Shown piece after piece: positions 39,817-52,630 of a stretch of 64,000 nucleotides of DNA (the stretch's first letter is position 1; each line of letters starts with the position of its first letter). The DNA is from a virus. Below the pieces are notes generated by a model that saw only the letters and a program-made list of their open reading frames with translations, had not been told where the DNA came from and searched no databases. The position numbers and the translations under genes were made by a program. The stretch lies in the IMG/VR virus record IMGVR_UViG_3300042317_001497; one strand, 5' to 3'.

Positions 39817-41709
39817 CAAGTGCCGATAGCATGATAGAATAAAAATGTTGATGCCGAAAGGTTATGGTCGCGGGTATCCATTTAATCAACAGCCGTAAAG
39901 TTTCGGCAGGGTTTCTATAAGATTGAAACGCTGTTTTTATTTCCTTTAGATAAATTTTCTTTTGCCCATAATGGTTGCAAATTTGTATAATGAAAACAAA
40001 TTTTTTACCGAATTGTATATAAATATTTTAGAGATTTTTGCTTGAGCATATATTTAAGTATTACGGAGATAGAATAATGAGTTGGGAATATAGAGTAGTA
40101 AAAAAAGTAAATAAAATACCGGTTTTCTTAAAAAAGAACAATCCCGATGTTGGTGACTTTGATATTTTGTATGAAATTCATGATGTATATTATGATAAAA
40201 ATTTGGATAAACCAAGCATAGGAAGAATATCACTTCCTTTATCTGATACTGTTGAAGATTTACAATGGCGTTTGGAAAAAATGATTGAGGCTTGTAAAAA
40301 GCCAGTTATAGACTATAATACTGGAGAAGAACTGAATTAACAGTCACATTTGAGTTGATCACCAAATGTAACGTCCTGTTGCTCTAATACTTGTATAGTT
40401 GAGATTCCTCACAAAAAGTATTAACCAACGATAATGGGGGCGTTTTCGATACAAAGGAAAAAATGTGGAAAACTTATGAGTAACCAAAACACAATAGAAA
40501 AAGAACTATATGCTAGTGATCTGTCGTTAAAACAATTGTTACGAGAAGCAGAAGATTTGTGTTATGAACATCATGTAGAATATGATGAGCGAAAAATTTT
40601 TGTAACTACAGATTATGGAAGTCATGTAATAATATTCTATAGGGAAAAAGATGAATAAAACTTGGCAACAAAAACAGAAAGAAAGTATACAATCCGGCTA
40701 TAGTCGAGCTAAAGAATTAGCAAAAGAAATATGGCTAGAGGGAGATCACGAAGGAACAGCTAATGATTTTTACTATTTTCAGTGTGGATTTGTGGCGGGC
40801 TTAAATTATCAGAGACTAAAAGCTTTAGATAAACTTAATGAACTTGATCAAGAGTTGGGATTAGAATAAATAATGACTAATACAAATTCTGAACATCAAG
40901 AAAATTTACCAGATAGTAAAATTCCTTGGTGGGATAATCACTATGAGGATGTTTATAGTGAAGACCCTGAAGATGGATACCCTTATGATATGGGAAGCAA
41001 GGTGCAGGAATGACCAATAGAGAAAAACTACTACAAATCCGTAAACTGCTTAAAGAAGCATACGATCATTATTTTCAGAATGATCCCGATCCATCATGTA
41101 AAAGTGCAGAAGGACAAATGAGTGTTTATTTCGGAAACTATTGGGAAGATGGTGATGATCTAGTAATTAGAGCTATTGAAATATATAGCTATGTATTTGG
41201 GCCTACTAGACTTCATACTTTCAAAAGTGTTGATGAAGCTTTAGAAACTGTTAAGGGTTGGCATAAAGAACAAATGAACATTGACTATGAATTAGAAGCT
41301 ATAAAAGAAAAACATTACTGGGATGATTACTATAAAAAGTATCCAGAAAAAAGGCTAGAAATATCAGACCTTGATCAAGAATTGGGATCAGTATGACCCA
41401 ATATCCAGACCTAGAAAAAGATCTACTAAATAGCGATATTATAAGGAGTAAATGCAAGGATAGTATTTATAGTCAGAATTTATATGCTGCCCTCTGTAAT
41501 AATAGATTCTTTTATGAAGAACAAGAGTGGACTTGTAGCTGGAGATATTCTGGGGGAATAGTAGCAGAATTAGTAGATAAGAATGGAAACTATTTAGATT
41601 ACTATTGTAGTGGAATATATTCAGAAGAAAAGAATGGCTATGTTAGCGAGGGAGTAGTTACAGAAGTTATAAGAAATGATTTATTAAATTTAGGTTGGAG
41701 AGTTAAGCC

Positions 41710-42264
41710 TTGATATATTTTACATCTGATACTCATTTTGGACACTACAATATTATAAAGCATTGTAATCGTCCGTTTCTTAATGCTCATATTATGGATC
41801 AAATTATGTTTGATGCTATAAATGAACTTGTTGGACACGATGATACACTTTATATTCTTGGAGATTTTTGTTTTAGGGGCAAAAAACCTATAGATTATAG
41901 ACTTCGTATAAACTGCCGCGATGTTCACCTTATATTTGGCAATCACGATAAAAGAACAGACTATTATCCAGACGATAAGACTGTTGATATGAATGGGTTT
42001 ACGTCTATTCAGGATGTTAAAGAAATAATATATTGTAATCAAAGAATATATCTAAGTCATTATCCTCATAGATCGTGGCCCGCTAGTCATAAAGGGAGTT
42101 ATATGCTGTATGGTCATGTTCATTCTAGATTAGATTATGAAGATAAAACGTCTAATAGATTAACTCTTGATGTTGGAGTTGACAATACCACAAACTATGG
42201 TAAAATGTTTGGACAGCCGTGGAGTTTTAAAGAACTTCAAAAACTATTCAACAGCAAAACATGA
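41710..42264 (+). CDS. Metallophosphoesterase (phage type)
   Basis: FTSDTHFGH, LGDF, GNHD, LSHYP, LYGHVH, DVGVD. Confidence 0.88.
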   Translation: MIYFTSDTHFGHYNIIKHCNRPFLNAHIMDQIMFDAINELVGHDDTLYILGDFCFRGKKPIDYRLRINCRDVHLIFGNHDKRTDYYPDDKTVDMNGFTSIQDVKEIIYCNQRIYLSHYPHRSWPASHKGSYMLYGHVHSRLDYEDKTSNRLTLDVGVDNTTNYGKMFGQPWSFKELQKLFNSKT

Positions 42265-43042
42265 AAACATATAAAAAGAAAACGGTAAAAGCAGTAGATA
42301 AAATCCTGTGCGATGCTTGTGGAAAAGATTGCACAATTACCGAACCAGTAAGTGACCATGAATATGCTGAATTAACTGCTACATGGGGATATTTTTCCCA
42401 ACAAGATGGTATGCAGTACGATATTCATTTGTGTGAAACTTGTTTTAATGAAGTGCTAGGTTTTATTAAGGAAAAAAGAAGGAAGATTCTTGGCCCTTTT
42501 AACTACCCTTATGAAACAGATCCCCTAGAAGGGACTCAATATTTATGACATTTGAAGATTGGATGAATGAGATAGATTATGTAAAAACAGGCCACAAAAG
42601 ATCTGATACTATCTATAGCGAAACTGTTTCTTATGCTCCAGAATATGTAATGGATCATTGGATGCTTATAAAAAAATGGCTTAAAACAGCTTATATTTGT
42701 GGGAAAATAGATGGTAGCAAACATAATATGGACGTTATAGCAGAACTGCAAAACAGATTAAAAGGACATTTATGAGTTTACTAGAAGGTTTTAGTAGTCT
42801 ATTTAATTAGATATTTCCATCATGAAAGTTACATTTGAATTAGTTTTGCCAGAAGATCAGCATGAATATGATGTAATGAATCAAGCAAATAAAATGCAAT
42901 CATGCTTGTGGGACTTTAGTCAACAACTAAGATCATGGCGTAAATATAACAATAATTTTACAAATGCTAGTGATGCTCTAGAAAAAATCACAACAGAGTT
43001 TCATAGATTGCTTAATAATCACGGAGTAAATATTGATCTATA

Positions 43043-43774
43043 ATGTTCAAACTTAATAAAAGAAGTCGTTTCAATTATTGGAGTTGTTCCAAATTTGCCG
43101 ACTGGATTAGAGGCATTGAAAAACCCTATGCTCTTGGATGGGATGAATGGGGAGTTTGGAGAAAAGAATCAAAACAAAAACACCCGTTTAGATACTGGGT
43201 TGCTGAAAAACTGTTAAATTTTTTGCAGGATATTGTGAATCTACCTATGGATATTTATCATACCATAGAAGTATACATTCGCAATCGTTATATAGATAAA
43301 ATGCACTATCTTAGAACAGGACTAAAGCCGGGACAATATTACGATCTTGATTATAGAATACTTCACGGTCTTTTTAATGAGTTGACAATTTATGTGGAGA
43401 GTGAACTGGCTCATCTTAGTAAATGGAAATCTGAGAAGAAATATAAATTTATCGGCGGCAGATGTGCGGAGGCAGGATTGGATTACCTAAACTGGGCAGG
43501 TCAACTAAAGATGAACGAAGATTATGGAATTAATCCTGACCATAAAGACTATAACAAACCTACCGCCCAAGCAATATCATCTCAAAAAGTATTAGAGCTT
43601 TACAACTGGTGGAAGAATAGAGACTATAGAACTGATCCAGACTCTGTGTTTACCAAAGAAAAAGATGGTAAAAGCTACTATAAAAAAATAGCCAAGATCA
43701 TGGATGATTACGATAAAGAAGATACAAAAATGTTGATTGAATTAATTAAAATTCGTGGGAGTTTATGGTCATGA
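43043..43774 (+). CDS. Hypothetical protein
   Basis: 243 aa ORF within a coupled operon. Confidence 0.7.
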   Translation: MFKLNKRSRFNYWSCSKFADWIRGIEKPYALGWDEWGVWRKESKQKHPFRYWVAEKLLNFLQDIVNLPMDIYHTIEVYIRNRYIDKMHYLRTGLKPGQYYDLDYRILHGLFNELTIYVESELAHLSKWKSEKKYKFIGGRCAEAGLDYLNWAGQLKMNEDYGINPDHKDYNKPTAQAISSQKVLELYNWWKNRDYRTDPDSVFTKEKDGKSYYKKIAKIMDDYDKEDTKMLIELIKIRGSLWS

Positions 43775-44912
43775 GATTAGATCAAGCAATGAAGCTTAAT
43801 ATTGGAGACAAGGTGGTAAATTGTTTTATAGATGAGCTTATTATATCAAAAATAGATAATAGCTACCCTGGAAGGAACGATCCAAAACCACCAGTTTTTA
43901 TTGCATTAGATACTAGACTACAAAAACATTATTTATGGTTTGATGAAATTTATCATCCAGACCTAGCTGATATTTGCGATGAAGAAAAAAGTTTCATTCT
44001 GTGGGCTAAAGATAATAGAGAATTTGTCGGAGAAAATTTTAGATTACTAAAGACAGTTTATATGCAGGGTTTTGCTATGGGATTTGAATCTAAAAAGAAA
44101 ATGACCCATGAAGAGACTATGCAAAAATGAATGAGCAAGATTATAAACTATTAATAAATATCTGTTATCATTGTTTACGATCAAATAATCTTACAATACA
44201 ACAAGTATCAGACATAGATCAAATTATAAGTAAATTACATGAGACTGTTTCTCAGATAAAAACAAAGGAAAATATATGCTTTGGAAAGAAATCAAAAGCT
44301 GGTGCAAAACTAATGGATATAAAGCTGACAGATCCAAAACAGATAAAGAAAACTCATACATCTATAATTGGTCAAAAATAGATGACGAATCAATAAACGG
44401 AACAACAACGAGTGTTAGTAAATTAGCGTTTGCTATATATAATCATATGACAAATAACGAACATATAACATATCAGTCAGGATATAAAATGCAACAGCTA
44501 GAAAAGGATATATCTCATGAAACAGAAGGATGGGGCAAATCGTTCTAAAATTCAATGTGTTACTATAACCCTGACCGGACTTGTTGCATCGGCTATTAAT
44601 GGTATTATAGCTTATGTAGCTGTTTATTTTTTTAAGCCATTGTGGGAAAAAATAGTTAAGCTTTTTCTAGATAAGAATAATGTACGTTAAATTTATATCT
44701 AAAGATAACGAATGGTTTGATAGTGGCACAGAGGTTTTTGATGCTACTGTTTGTGATTGGGGAAGAACCCTGAAAAGAATGACCAAAGAAAATTACGAAA
44801 ATGTTTGGATTAAAGCGGGCCATATACTAGGACGAGGATTAAGAAATGGTTTTTGGGATGAGGAACTTTGTCCATTAGAAGAATTTGAAATACTATATAC
44901 AGAGGATCAAAT

Positions 44913-45545
44913 ATGAATGTAAAACTAATCAGTGTAACTCCAGATGCAGAAAAATTAATAGCCTATTGTGCCAAGGTAAGCAACCCTAAAGGACAAGATA
45001 GCGACAACTATGCTAAATTACTAAAGTATTGCATAGAGCATCACCATTGGAGCATATTTGAAATGGCATTTCTAACTCTTGAGATTAACACTACAAGAGG
45101 AATTGCTGCTCAAATTCTACGACATAGATCGTTCACTTTTCAAGAATTCTCACAGAGATATGCTGATGCTTCATTGCTATCAGAAGAAATTCCAGTATTT
45201 GAATTACGTCGCCAAGATACTAAGAATAGACAAAATAGTATAGATGATATAGCCGATGAAACAAGAGTTAAATGGAATACTAAAATTCGTGAGCATTTTG
45301 CTAAAAGCAAAGCTCTTTATGATGGTATGATAGCTGATGGAATAGCTAAAGAATGTGCTAGATTCATACTACCATTAGCAACCCCAACCAAACTTTATAT
45401 GAGTGGCAGCATACGGTCATGGACCCACTATATTAATCTAAGGTCTGCTCATGGAACTCAAAAAGAACATATGGATATTGCTAATGAAGCTAAAGAAATT
45501 TTTAAAACTCAATTCCCTATTATATCGGAGGCTTTAGAATGGTAG
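44913..45545 (+). CDS. thyX: FAD-dependent thymidylate synthase
   Basis: HHHWSIFE, QILRHRSFTFQEFSQRY, ECARFILP, GSIRSW, AHGTQKEH. Confidence 0.95.
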   Translation: MNVKLISVTPDAEKLIAYCAKVSNPKGQDSDNYAKLLKYCIEHHHWSIFEMAFLTLEINTTRGIAAQILRHRSFTFQEFSQRYADASLLSEEIPVFELRRQDTKNRQNSIDDIADETRVKWNTKIREHFAKSKALYDGMIADGIAKECARFILPLATPTKLYMSGSIRSWTHYINLRSAHGTQKEHMDIANEAKEIFKTQFPIISEALEW

Positions 45546-45735
45546 AAAAAGAATTCATTGTAACTGGACAACTTAAAGAGACAAATGGAACAGACAAACA
45601 GATGTTAATTTTACATCGTTCTTTTTTTACTTCATCCAAAGAAGAAGCTATCAAAAACTTTCATACTTATTTTGAACCGGAACTAAAAGTAATTAAGATT
45701 TTTTCTGTGGTAGACGATAAAGGAATTTTAGTATA

Positions 45736-46368
45736 ATGGATACCAAATTAGACTTCACTCTAAAAGTAGTAAAAGAATTACTATCTCATCAGTTTTCTGT
45801 CAAGCTATTAAATGTGGACAACATTGATGGTTATGGTGGATGGTTTGGAACAGATGAAGGTGAAGAAGAATTTGTGGTCGCTATGAAACATCATATGGGT
45901 TTTGAAATTTTGATTCATGAGTATTGTCATTTTTTACAGTGGAAACATGATCGTAAATTATGGGATAAGAGTATATTGACCTATGATATTCTATTTGATT
46001 GGATTAGTTTCCCGTCACTAAAATACTCAGAAGATATTAAAGATTGTGAATATACAAATGAACAATTAGATCAGAGTTTACATGATATTCTAGAAATAGA
46101 ACATGATTGTGAAAAAAGAGTTCTAAAATTAGTAGCAAATAATCCTATAGAAAATTTTGATACCGACAAATATATCCGGGCAGTTAATGCTTATTTATGG
46201 AGTTATCATCTAAATAGAGAATTAAGGAAAAGGCCGGTTAGACCAATATATTCAGAAAGAGTTTTAACTGGTATGCCAAATACTTTTAATAAATCTTTAG
46301 AGTATTATCTTGATTCCTCTAATTTAACCAACGATATGCGTTTAGCATTGTTGCAAGAATACGCATAA
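45736..46368 (+). CDS. Hypothetical protein with HExxH zincin-like motif
   Basis: ILIHEYCHFLQW and a downstream E-x-DCE. Confidence 0.6.
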   Translation: MDTKLDFTLKVVKELLSHQFSVKLLNVDNIDGYGGWFGTDEGEEEFVVAMKHHMGFEILIHEYCHFLQWKHDRKLWDKSILTYDILFDWISFPSLKYSEDIKDCEYTNEQLDQSLHDILEIEHDCEKRVLKLVANNPIENFDTDKYIRAVNAYLWSYHLNRELRKRPVRPIYSERVLTGMPNTFNKSLEYYLDSSNLTNDMRLALLQEYA

Positions 46369-46429
46369 AAATTCAAGAACTGTTGACAACAACGCCGATA
46401 AGTGATATAATCAGCGAAACGGAGATTTT

Positions 46430-47353
46430 ATGAGTATCAGACCGGGGCTTTGTTGTATAAGTTTAACACTTCAAGAACGTGATCCTCCAGTTAAATTCCA
46501 GACAATGACATATAAGCGATTTTCTAGTTTGCCTAGAAACGAAGCACTGGAAATACTAGGTAACAGGATTCTTAATAATCTTGAAACTACTAATGAAACT
46601 ATCAAATTTTGTGCTGAAAATAATTGGGTTTATCGTGTTAGTAGCGATATTTTCCCACTAATTACTTATGATCAAGCGAATGTAAACCTAGAAGATTTGC
46701 CAAATTATGAAGATATTCAAGATGAGTTTGATAATATCTCACAAACTATTTCCTCTACTAATGTTCGGGTTTCTGCTCATCCTAGTGAATTTAATAGTTT
46801 GTCAAGCCTCAACGAAAAAGTTGTTGAAAAAACAATCACAGAACTTAATTTCTACAGCAGTTTCTTTGATAGAATTGGACTTCCAGCAGATACTAGATCG
46901 GCCATGAATTTTCATATCCATAACAATAATGGTACTAGAGAAGAAATATCCCACAGATTTTACAACAACTTTAAAAAGCTTGATGAAAACTGTCAAGCCC
47001 GCACTGTAATAGAAAATGATGACAAACTTAATTGTTGGAGTGTTAAAGAACTAGTAGATATTTTTCATCCAATTACCCGTATACCTATTACTTTCGACTA
47101 TTTGCATCACAAATGTCATCCAAATAATTTGACAGAATGTGAGGCGATTAATATGTGTTATGATACATGGCAAACTCGTCCACTTTTTCATTATAGTGAA
47201 AGTAGGCCCGGTAATAATCCAAGAGCCCATAATGATTATGCCGAAAACTATTTCGATAGTTATGGGTTAGAGTTTGACTGTGATTTTGAACTAAAAGCAA
47301 AATGTTTTGCTATTAAAAAATGGACCGATTCTTTTATTACTACAGGAGTTTAA
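46430..47353 (+). CDS. uvsE: UV damage endonuclease
   Basis: GLCCIS, YRVSSDIFP, RVSAHP, IENDDK, TFDYLHH, FHYSE, AHND, ELKAK. Confidence 0.92.
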   Translation: MSIRPGLCCISLTLQERDPPVKFQTMTYKRFSSLPRNEALEILGNRILNNLETTNETIKFCAENNWVYRVSSDIFPLITYDQANVNLEDLPNYEDIQDEFDNISQTISSTNVRVSAHPSEFNSLSSLNEKVVEKTITELNFYSSFFDRIGLPADTRSAMNFHIHNNNGTREEISHRFYNNFKKLDENCQARTVIENDDKLNCWSVKELVDIFHPITRIPITFDYLHHKCHPNNLTECEAINMCYDTWQTRPLFHYSESRPGNNPRAHNDYAENYFDSYGLEFDCDFELKAKCFAIKKWTDSFITTGV

Positions 47354-48132
47354 TTATGCCCCAAGTTGGAACTATTGTAATTAGTGACAGTGTTAATACT
47401 CAAGCTATGATTAACTTGATCAAAACAGATCCTAAGCTTACTATAGGTAAGGAACAGGTTACAGAAAATGGCGTTAGATACGTTCCAATAGAAAAGAACT
47501 AATATGAGTGCATGGCTTATTATTTTTACTGGTTTTGTATACGCTTATGTTGCAATAGAACAGGGGTGTAAAGGTAATACTGGTATGCTTATAGCGTATA
47601 CTGGTTATGCCTTTGCTAATATAGGATTATATCTATTAGCTTCTAAGTAAAAGGAAAGTTATGAATAAACCTAATAAGCCTAATCCAAGACCATTAAATC
47701 CAGAATCTCCAAGATCTAAAAAGGTTAATGTTACTCCGTTACCTAAAATTCATCCAGAAGATGCTGATGATATTTATATCTTGGATGAAGTAAATAAAAA
47801 GCTGAATGAAATTTATAATGAAGATAATAAAGAAGGCTAAATAGCAAGGAAGCTATTATGAAATACGGAAATTGTTTTACCGGAGCAGTTATGCTCTTGT
47901 GGACACAGAGAGATCATAAACCAAGACTAATATTAAGAACAAGACCGGGAACTATGGTTCCTCATTTTATGGTTAAAACAAACTCTGAAATTCACCATTA
48001 TAAGGTGCATAAGGAAATTCTTCCTTGGCCTTTATGTTATTTCTTTTTTGAGGGAAGATTCCAAACTGTTCCAGATGCTATTGACGAATCCTTTTAGTGT
48101 GATATACTAGAGTCTCACTAACAGAGAAGTTT

Positions 48133-48591
48133 ATGAAGATAATTCAAAAAACTATTAAGAAAGCATACAATAGCTGGAATCCTTGTAAGGAAATTCGTTG
48201 CTATCATTTTGCCGCTGCCTTTGATGGTACTAAGCTTATAGGATTCACTCAAAATAATCCTATTAAAACTCATACTGGTGCTTATAGAATAGGTGAAAAT
48301 TTCAATCTTCCCAAATATAAGGAACATCCATTTTATCATGCTGAGTCTCATCTTGTATCTCAATTACTTGATAGGTATAATTCCATTGATCCTAATTGGT
48401 CACTTGTTGTTATGCGAATTAACAGAAGAGGACTTGTACTAGGAAGTAAGCCTTGCGAGAATTGTAGTCAGCTTCTTAATGCTGTAGGATTAGATACTAT
48501 TTATTATAGTACTGATGATGGAGATTTTACCAATAGTTTTGGAACTTTGATTGGAGTTGGCGGCTTGACAATGCCGATGATGATGGTATAA
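48133..48591 (+). CDS. Zinc-dependent deaminase (CMP/dCMP deaminase fold)
   Basis: HAE...SKPCENC. Confidence 0.82.
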   Translation: MKIIQKTIKKAYNSWNPCKEIRCYHFAAAFDGTKLIGFTQNNPIKTHTGAYRIGENFNLPKYKEHPFYHAESHLVSQLLDRYNSIDPNWSLVVMRINRRGLVLGSKPCENCSQLLNAVGLDTIYYSTDDGDFTNSFGTLIGVGGLTMPMMMV

Positions 48592-48611
48592 TTCGTAAAC
48601 GGAGGCTACCT

Positions 48612-48830
48612 ATGAATTGTATTTATTGCAAAAATTGCGTTGGTGTTGACCGTTACGAATTTCTTGTAGAAACTGGTCGTAAAGTTATTTGCAAAGAATG
48701 TAGCGTCGAGGATCGTGCTGTGGGATTTATGGATTGGGGACATAAAACAGCACCAAGTTTAGTGATGGTTCCTAGTAACGCTAAAGAAACTATTCGTATT
48801 TTAGATAGAGCAAACAGGAGAAGCAGATGA
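48612..48830 (+). CDS. DksA/TraR-like C4 zinc-finger protein
   Basis: CIYCKNCVGVDRYEFL...ICKEC. Confidence 0.6.
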   Translation: MNCIYCKNCVGVDRYEFLVETGRKVICKECSVEDRAVGFMDWGHKTAPSLVMVPSNAKETIRILDRANRRSR

Positions 48831-49410
48831 ATAAAATGACTTGGCTTGATCTTTATACTTTTCTGAATGAAAAAGCTAATAGTGTTAAATCTATTGGTAC
48901 TTTTGACTGGAATCGTCCCGTTTTGGTACACGATGCTGATACTGGTGATGAATTTATCTGCGATACATATTATGTGACAGATAATCGTGGAGATGATAGG
49001 CTTGTGCTTATTACTAATATTGAAAAGATTTTTGAGGAGAATCGTTAATGGATTTTGAAATTGAGAGTTTGCTTTTTAAACAGGTAACGAAGCCCAAGTA
49101 TTATTTGATGACTAAAATTAATAAATTGTGGGAAAATAGATACAGAGTTAATGTTTATATTCAAATAGAAGAAGAAGGTCTTGCAAAAAAACGTATTCAT
49201 GATAGTTATTTTTGTCATTATGATCCCGGTAAGTTAACCATTATTCCAGAAAAGGATTATGCGTCCAAACTTACAGGATAATTTAAAAACCTCAAGTATA
49301 TTTGGTGCTAGGTTTGAAAAATCCAGAATCGTCTAAAGAGTACCCCTTGACAACTCCGATAACTGTGTTATACTTAGAGCGTATCAACTACACTTCACAG
49401 GAGATTAAAG

Positions 49411-49824
49411 ATGGGACTTGGTAAGGGTAAAAAAGCTTGTCCAGATTGCGGAACTACAACTGGCCCAAGGGCATATTGTTGCAAAAAGTGCAATCATATT
49501 TTTATATTTAAGCCCAAGAGCAAAGAGGCTAAGAATACTAAGATCATTCAAAAGGTTGATTGGAAAACTCTGGTCAAGGGAGAGAGAATAAAGGTTGCTG
49601 GTGGACCGTACTATGTATCCAAGGGCGAATTTATTCCTATGGGATATAGAGGGCGTTTTGTTGTTGAGAGCGTAGACGATAAAGGTATTCGTGCTTATGG
49701 TCTTGACAAGTCCAGCGGCTTCTGTCATATTTATATGGGAAGGGATTTTCAAAATCCAGAAACAGGAGTTTGGAAAACAAAGCACAAACTGATGAAACTC
49801 AAACCTAAAACGGAGACTGTCTAA
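49411..49824 (+). CDS. Zinc-ribbon hypothetical protein
   Basis: CPDC...CCKKC; own promoter at 49347. Confidence 0.65.
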   Translation: MGLGKGKKACPDCGTTTGPRAYCCKKCNHIFIFKPKSKEAKNTKIIQKVDWKTLVKGERIKVAGGPYYVSKGEFIPMGYRGRFVVESVDDKGIRAYGLDKSSGFCHIYMGRDFQNPETGVWKTKHKLMKLKPKTETV

Positions 49825-51078
49825 TGAGTCTTGAAGGAGGTTTTACTAAAACTCAAAAAGACCAATTAAATAATCTGTTGGATCATAGAGATTCTATAGT
49901 CAATAATTTATATCATATAGAGAGAATTCTTAAAGTATATTTTCCAGAAGAGTTTGAATTAGCATATCAGCATTGGATTCCACAGATTATTACTGCTCTT
50001 TATGAAGATGGTCGTTGGTTGCCTAGAGGAGATCAAACTATGCAAAAAACTTTGAATAGATTATTGGATAAAAGTAGTCAAAAAATAGATCAAACAGTTA
50101 AGAAATTTATTTAATTGGGGTATATTACTATGAGTGAGATTTATTCTATTAGCGATTTGAACAGGTATGCTGAAAGTATTAGAAAAAATGCTGCTCTATC
50201 ATTTACAGAATTTTATGATGAAAATCTTGATGATTTTATCAGCATAGTCCAAACTACCAATTTGATTAAAAGCAACTGTATCGGAGAGGATGAGGACGGC
50301 AACCTATTAATTGATGAAGATAGCTACAATAGAACTTTTGAAGAAGTCACAATGTGGCTATATAATGTTGGTTTGGCAAAACTAGCTGCTGAAGGCAGAG
50401 TAGAGTGTGCTTGGGATGATAAATTAAACGAAATGGTTTTCTGGATATCTTCTAGTGAATTAACATTAAAGACCCAAGATGATGAACCACAACCACAACC
50501 AAAACGAAAAACTTCTAAAAGAAATAACAAGCCTAAAAGCTAAATTAGATGAATTAAAAGAGCGGTTTGATTCTGACTATTGTAAGAAGTGTAGAGAAAT
50601 AGAGACAGAGATTCAAGGATGCGAACAAGAAATTATGGATCTGAAAAATCTTTTTGTAACATGATGGGGAATTTGAGAGAGTGGTCGCTTAACCTTTCTT
50701 TCAAAAGGAGACTTTGTTATATCTCTGGTGAAAATCTATGGTTTAAAATAGCATATCGTGGCAGAAAGAAAGTTTGGAGTATTATAGATAATGGACGATC
50801 AATCAACGATGATATATGGATATCTCAAAAAGAATACTTCAATATGATAAGAAAAGGAAAGTTAAATGTGTAATAGACCACTATGGAAATTAAGTTTTTT
50901 TGTTTTGCTCTTTGGATCATTGTTACTGTCTCTTGGTTATAATTTACATTTGATTAATTGTGTTAACAAGCTAGAGAATTCACTACAGAATAATCATTGG
51001 ATTACTGATCAAGAATATAGTGAAATAAAAAAAGAGCTTTTGAGACTCGAAAAGGTTAAATACGAATAATTTTATATG

Positions 51079-51431
51079 GGGGGCGTAACGGTATCGACTG
51101 GATATGGAAAATTATATTAGCAAGTAGTAGTTGATCTGGTGGCTACTTTAAAACCAGATTAAACGCTTAACTGGCGTAAATCAGTTAGCCCTTGCTGCTT
51201 AATTAAATAGCAGCAACAATCTTAGGAAGCGATAAAGGTAGCGTCCAAAAGATTGTCGTAAAATCCTTTGGCTCCTGTTAGTGGTGACGGTTAACAGGCT
51301 AAGATGTGTCACTAGGATTGATGAATGTTTTTTATTCTTTAGTCATATCCAAAATTTTATGAATAAAATAAACTTGTAGAAGATGTAATTAGAAATATCG
51401 CAGCAAATGGGTTCGACTCCCATCGCCTCCA
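51079..51431 (+). ncRNA. ssrA: tmRNA
   Basis: 5' GGGGGCGTAACGGTATCGAC; 3' GGGTTCGACTCCCATCGCCTCCA; G3-U70 alanine pair; tag frame 51173-51202 GVNQLALAA*. Confidence 0.93.
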
Positions 51432-51453
51432 CTGTTTAAGAAGAGAAAAAGCT

Positions 51454-52020
51454 ATGCAACATATACATAATAATATCCCAGGCTGGTTTAATTTTATTGA
51501 TTTTTACAATTATATTATTGATAATATTCCAAACGATTTTCTCTTTGTAGAAGTAGGAGTATGGCAAGGCAAAAGTCTTTCTTATTTTGTTGTAGAGAGC
51601 ATTAATAGGAATAAGTTTGGTAAAACCTATGCTGTTGATCATTGGCTAGGGAGTATGGAGCATCAAAAAGGTTCTTGGGCTTATGATTCTGTTTTGGATA
51701 CAGAAGATGCCTTATATAGTAGTTATTTGCAACATACCAACCAAATTCAGCAGCACATAACTAATCTAAGAAAAACTTCATTAGAAGCTGCTTCTTTATT
51801 TAAAGATCAAAGTATAGATGCTATCTTTATAGATGCAAGCCATGATTATGATAATGTTTGTCAAGATATTAATTGTTGGTTTCCTAAAATAAAAACTGGA
51901 GGGATAATATCTGGTCATGATTATGACTGGCCCGAGGTTAGTAGGGCTGTTAATGATTGTGCTAAAAAATATAATCTAAATATTAGACAACATGATACTT
52001 CATGGGAATACTATAAATAA
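51454..52020 (+). CDS. Class I SAM methyltransferase (Methyltransf_24-like)
   Basis: VEVGVWQGKS, AVDHW, IFIDASHDY, GGIISGHDY. Confidence 0.88.
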   Translation: MQHIHNNIPGWFNFIDFYNYIIDNIPNDFLFVEVGVWQGKSLSYFVVESINRNKFGKTYAVDHWLGSMEHQKGSWAYDSVLDTEDALYSSYLQHTNQIQQHITNLRKTSLEAASLFKDQSIDAIFIDASHDYDNVCQDINCWFPKIKTGGIISGHDYDWPEVSRAVNDCAKKYNLNIRQHDTSWEYYK

Positions 52021-52027
52021 CCCTATT

Positions 52028-52369
52028 ATGAGAAAAATTTGTTCATATTGTGGAAAAAGAAAAAACAAGGGAAGTTTCCCTAAGCACAGTATGTATAAAG
52101 ATAATCTGGATACTAGATGTAAAAAGTGCGTAAAGAAACACTCCAAGGTAAGAAGTGGTCTTCATAAAATAGCACCACCTAGACCAGAGTTTTGTGAGTG
52201 TTGTAAAAAAATACCTATTAAATGGGTATTAGATCACGATCATGGTAATGATAGTTTTAGGGGTTGGGTCTGTGATCGTTGTAATACCGGTATAGGAAAA
52301 TTAGGAGATAATTTACAAGGAATTGTTAATGCTATGAACTATTTTCTTTCAAGGCCCAAAGATAAATGA
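52028..52369 (+). CDS. Endonuclease VII-like protein
   Basis: CECC...LDHDH...FRGWVCDRCNTGIG; N-terminal CxxC...CxxC. Confidence 0.85.
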   Translation: MRKICSYCGKRKNKGSFPKHSMYKDNLDTRCKKCVKKHSKVRSGLHKIAPPRPEFCECCKKIPIKWVLDHDHGNDSFRGWVCDRCNTGIGKLGDNLQGIVNAMNYFLSRPKDK

Positions 52370-52581
52370 GAAAAATAATTAAACAACATCTAATAGAAAA
52401 TCATATGACTTATTATCAGCATTTAAAATTTGCTATTTTCTATGGACTTGTTTGTTTGGTTGCTGGTTTATGTCTAATAGTTCATGCTATATTCCCTTGT
52501 TGGTTTCAAACTTCTGGAAGCGATCTGGTACAATATATGGCGATTGTGTTCAAGAAACGGCAAAGATTAGACGATACTTGA
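52366..52581 (+). CDS. Small membrane protein (DUF6356-like)
   Basis: HLIENHMTYYQHLKFA...IVHAIFPCWF. Confidence 0.65.
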   Translation: MRKIIKQHLIENHMTYYQHLKFAIFYGLVCLVAGLCLIVHAIFPCWFQTSGSDLVQYMAIVFKKRQRLDDT

Positions 52582-52630
52582 CAAGAGGGTTGTGTTGTGA
52601 TATGATGTTGGAACACACAGGAGAAAAAAG

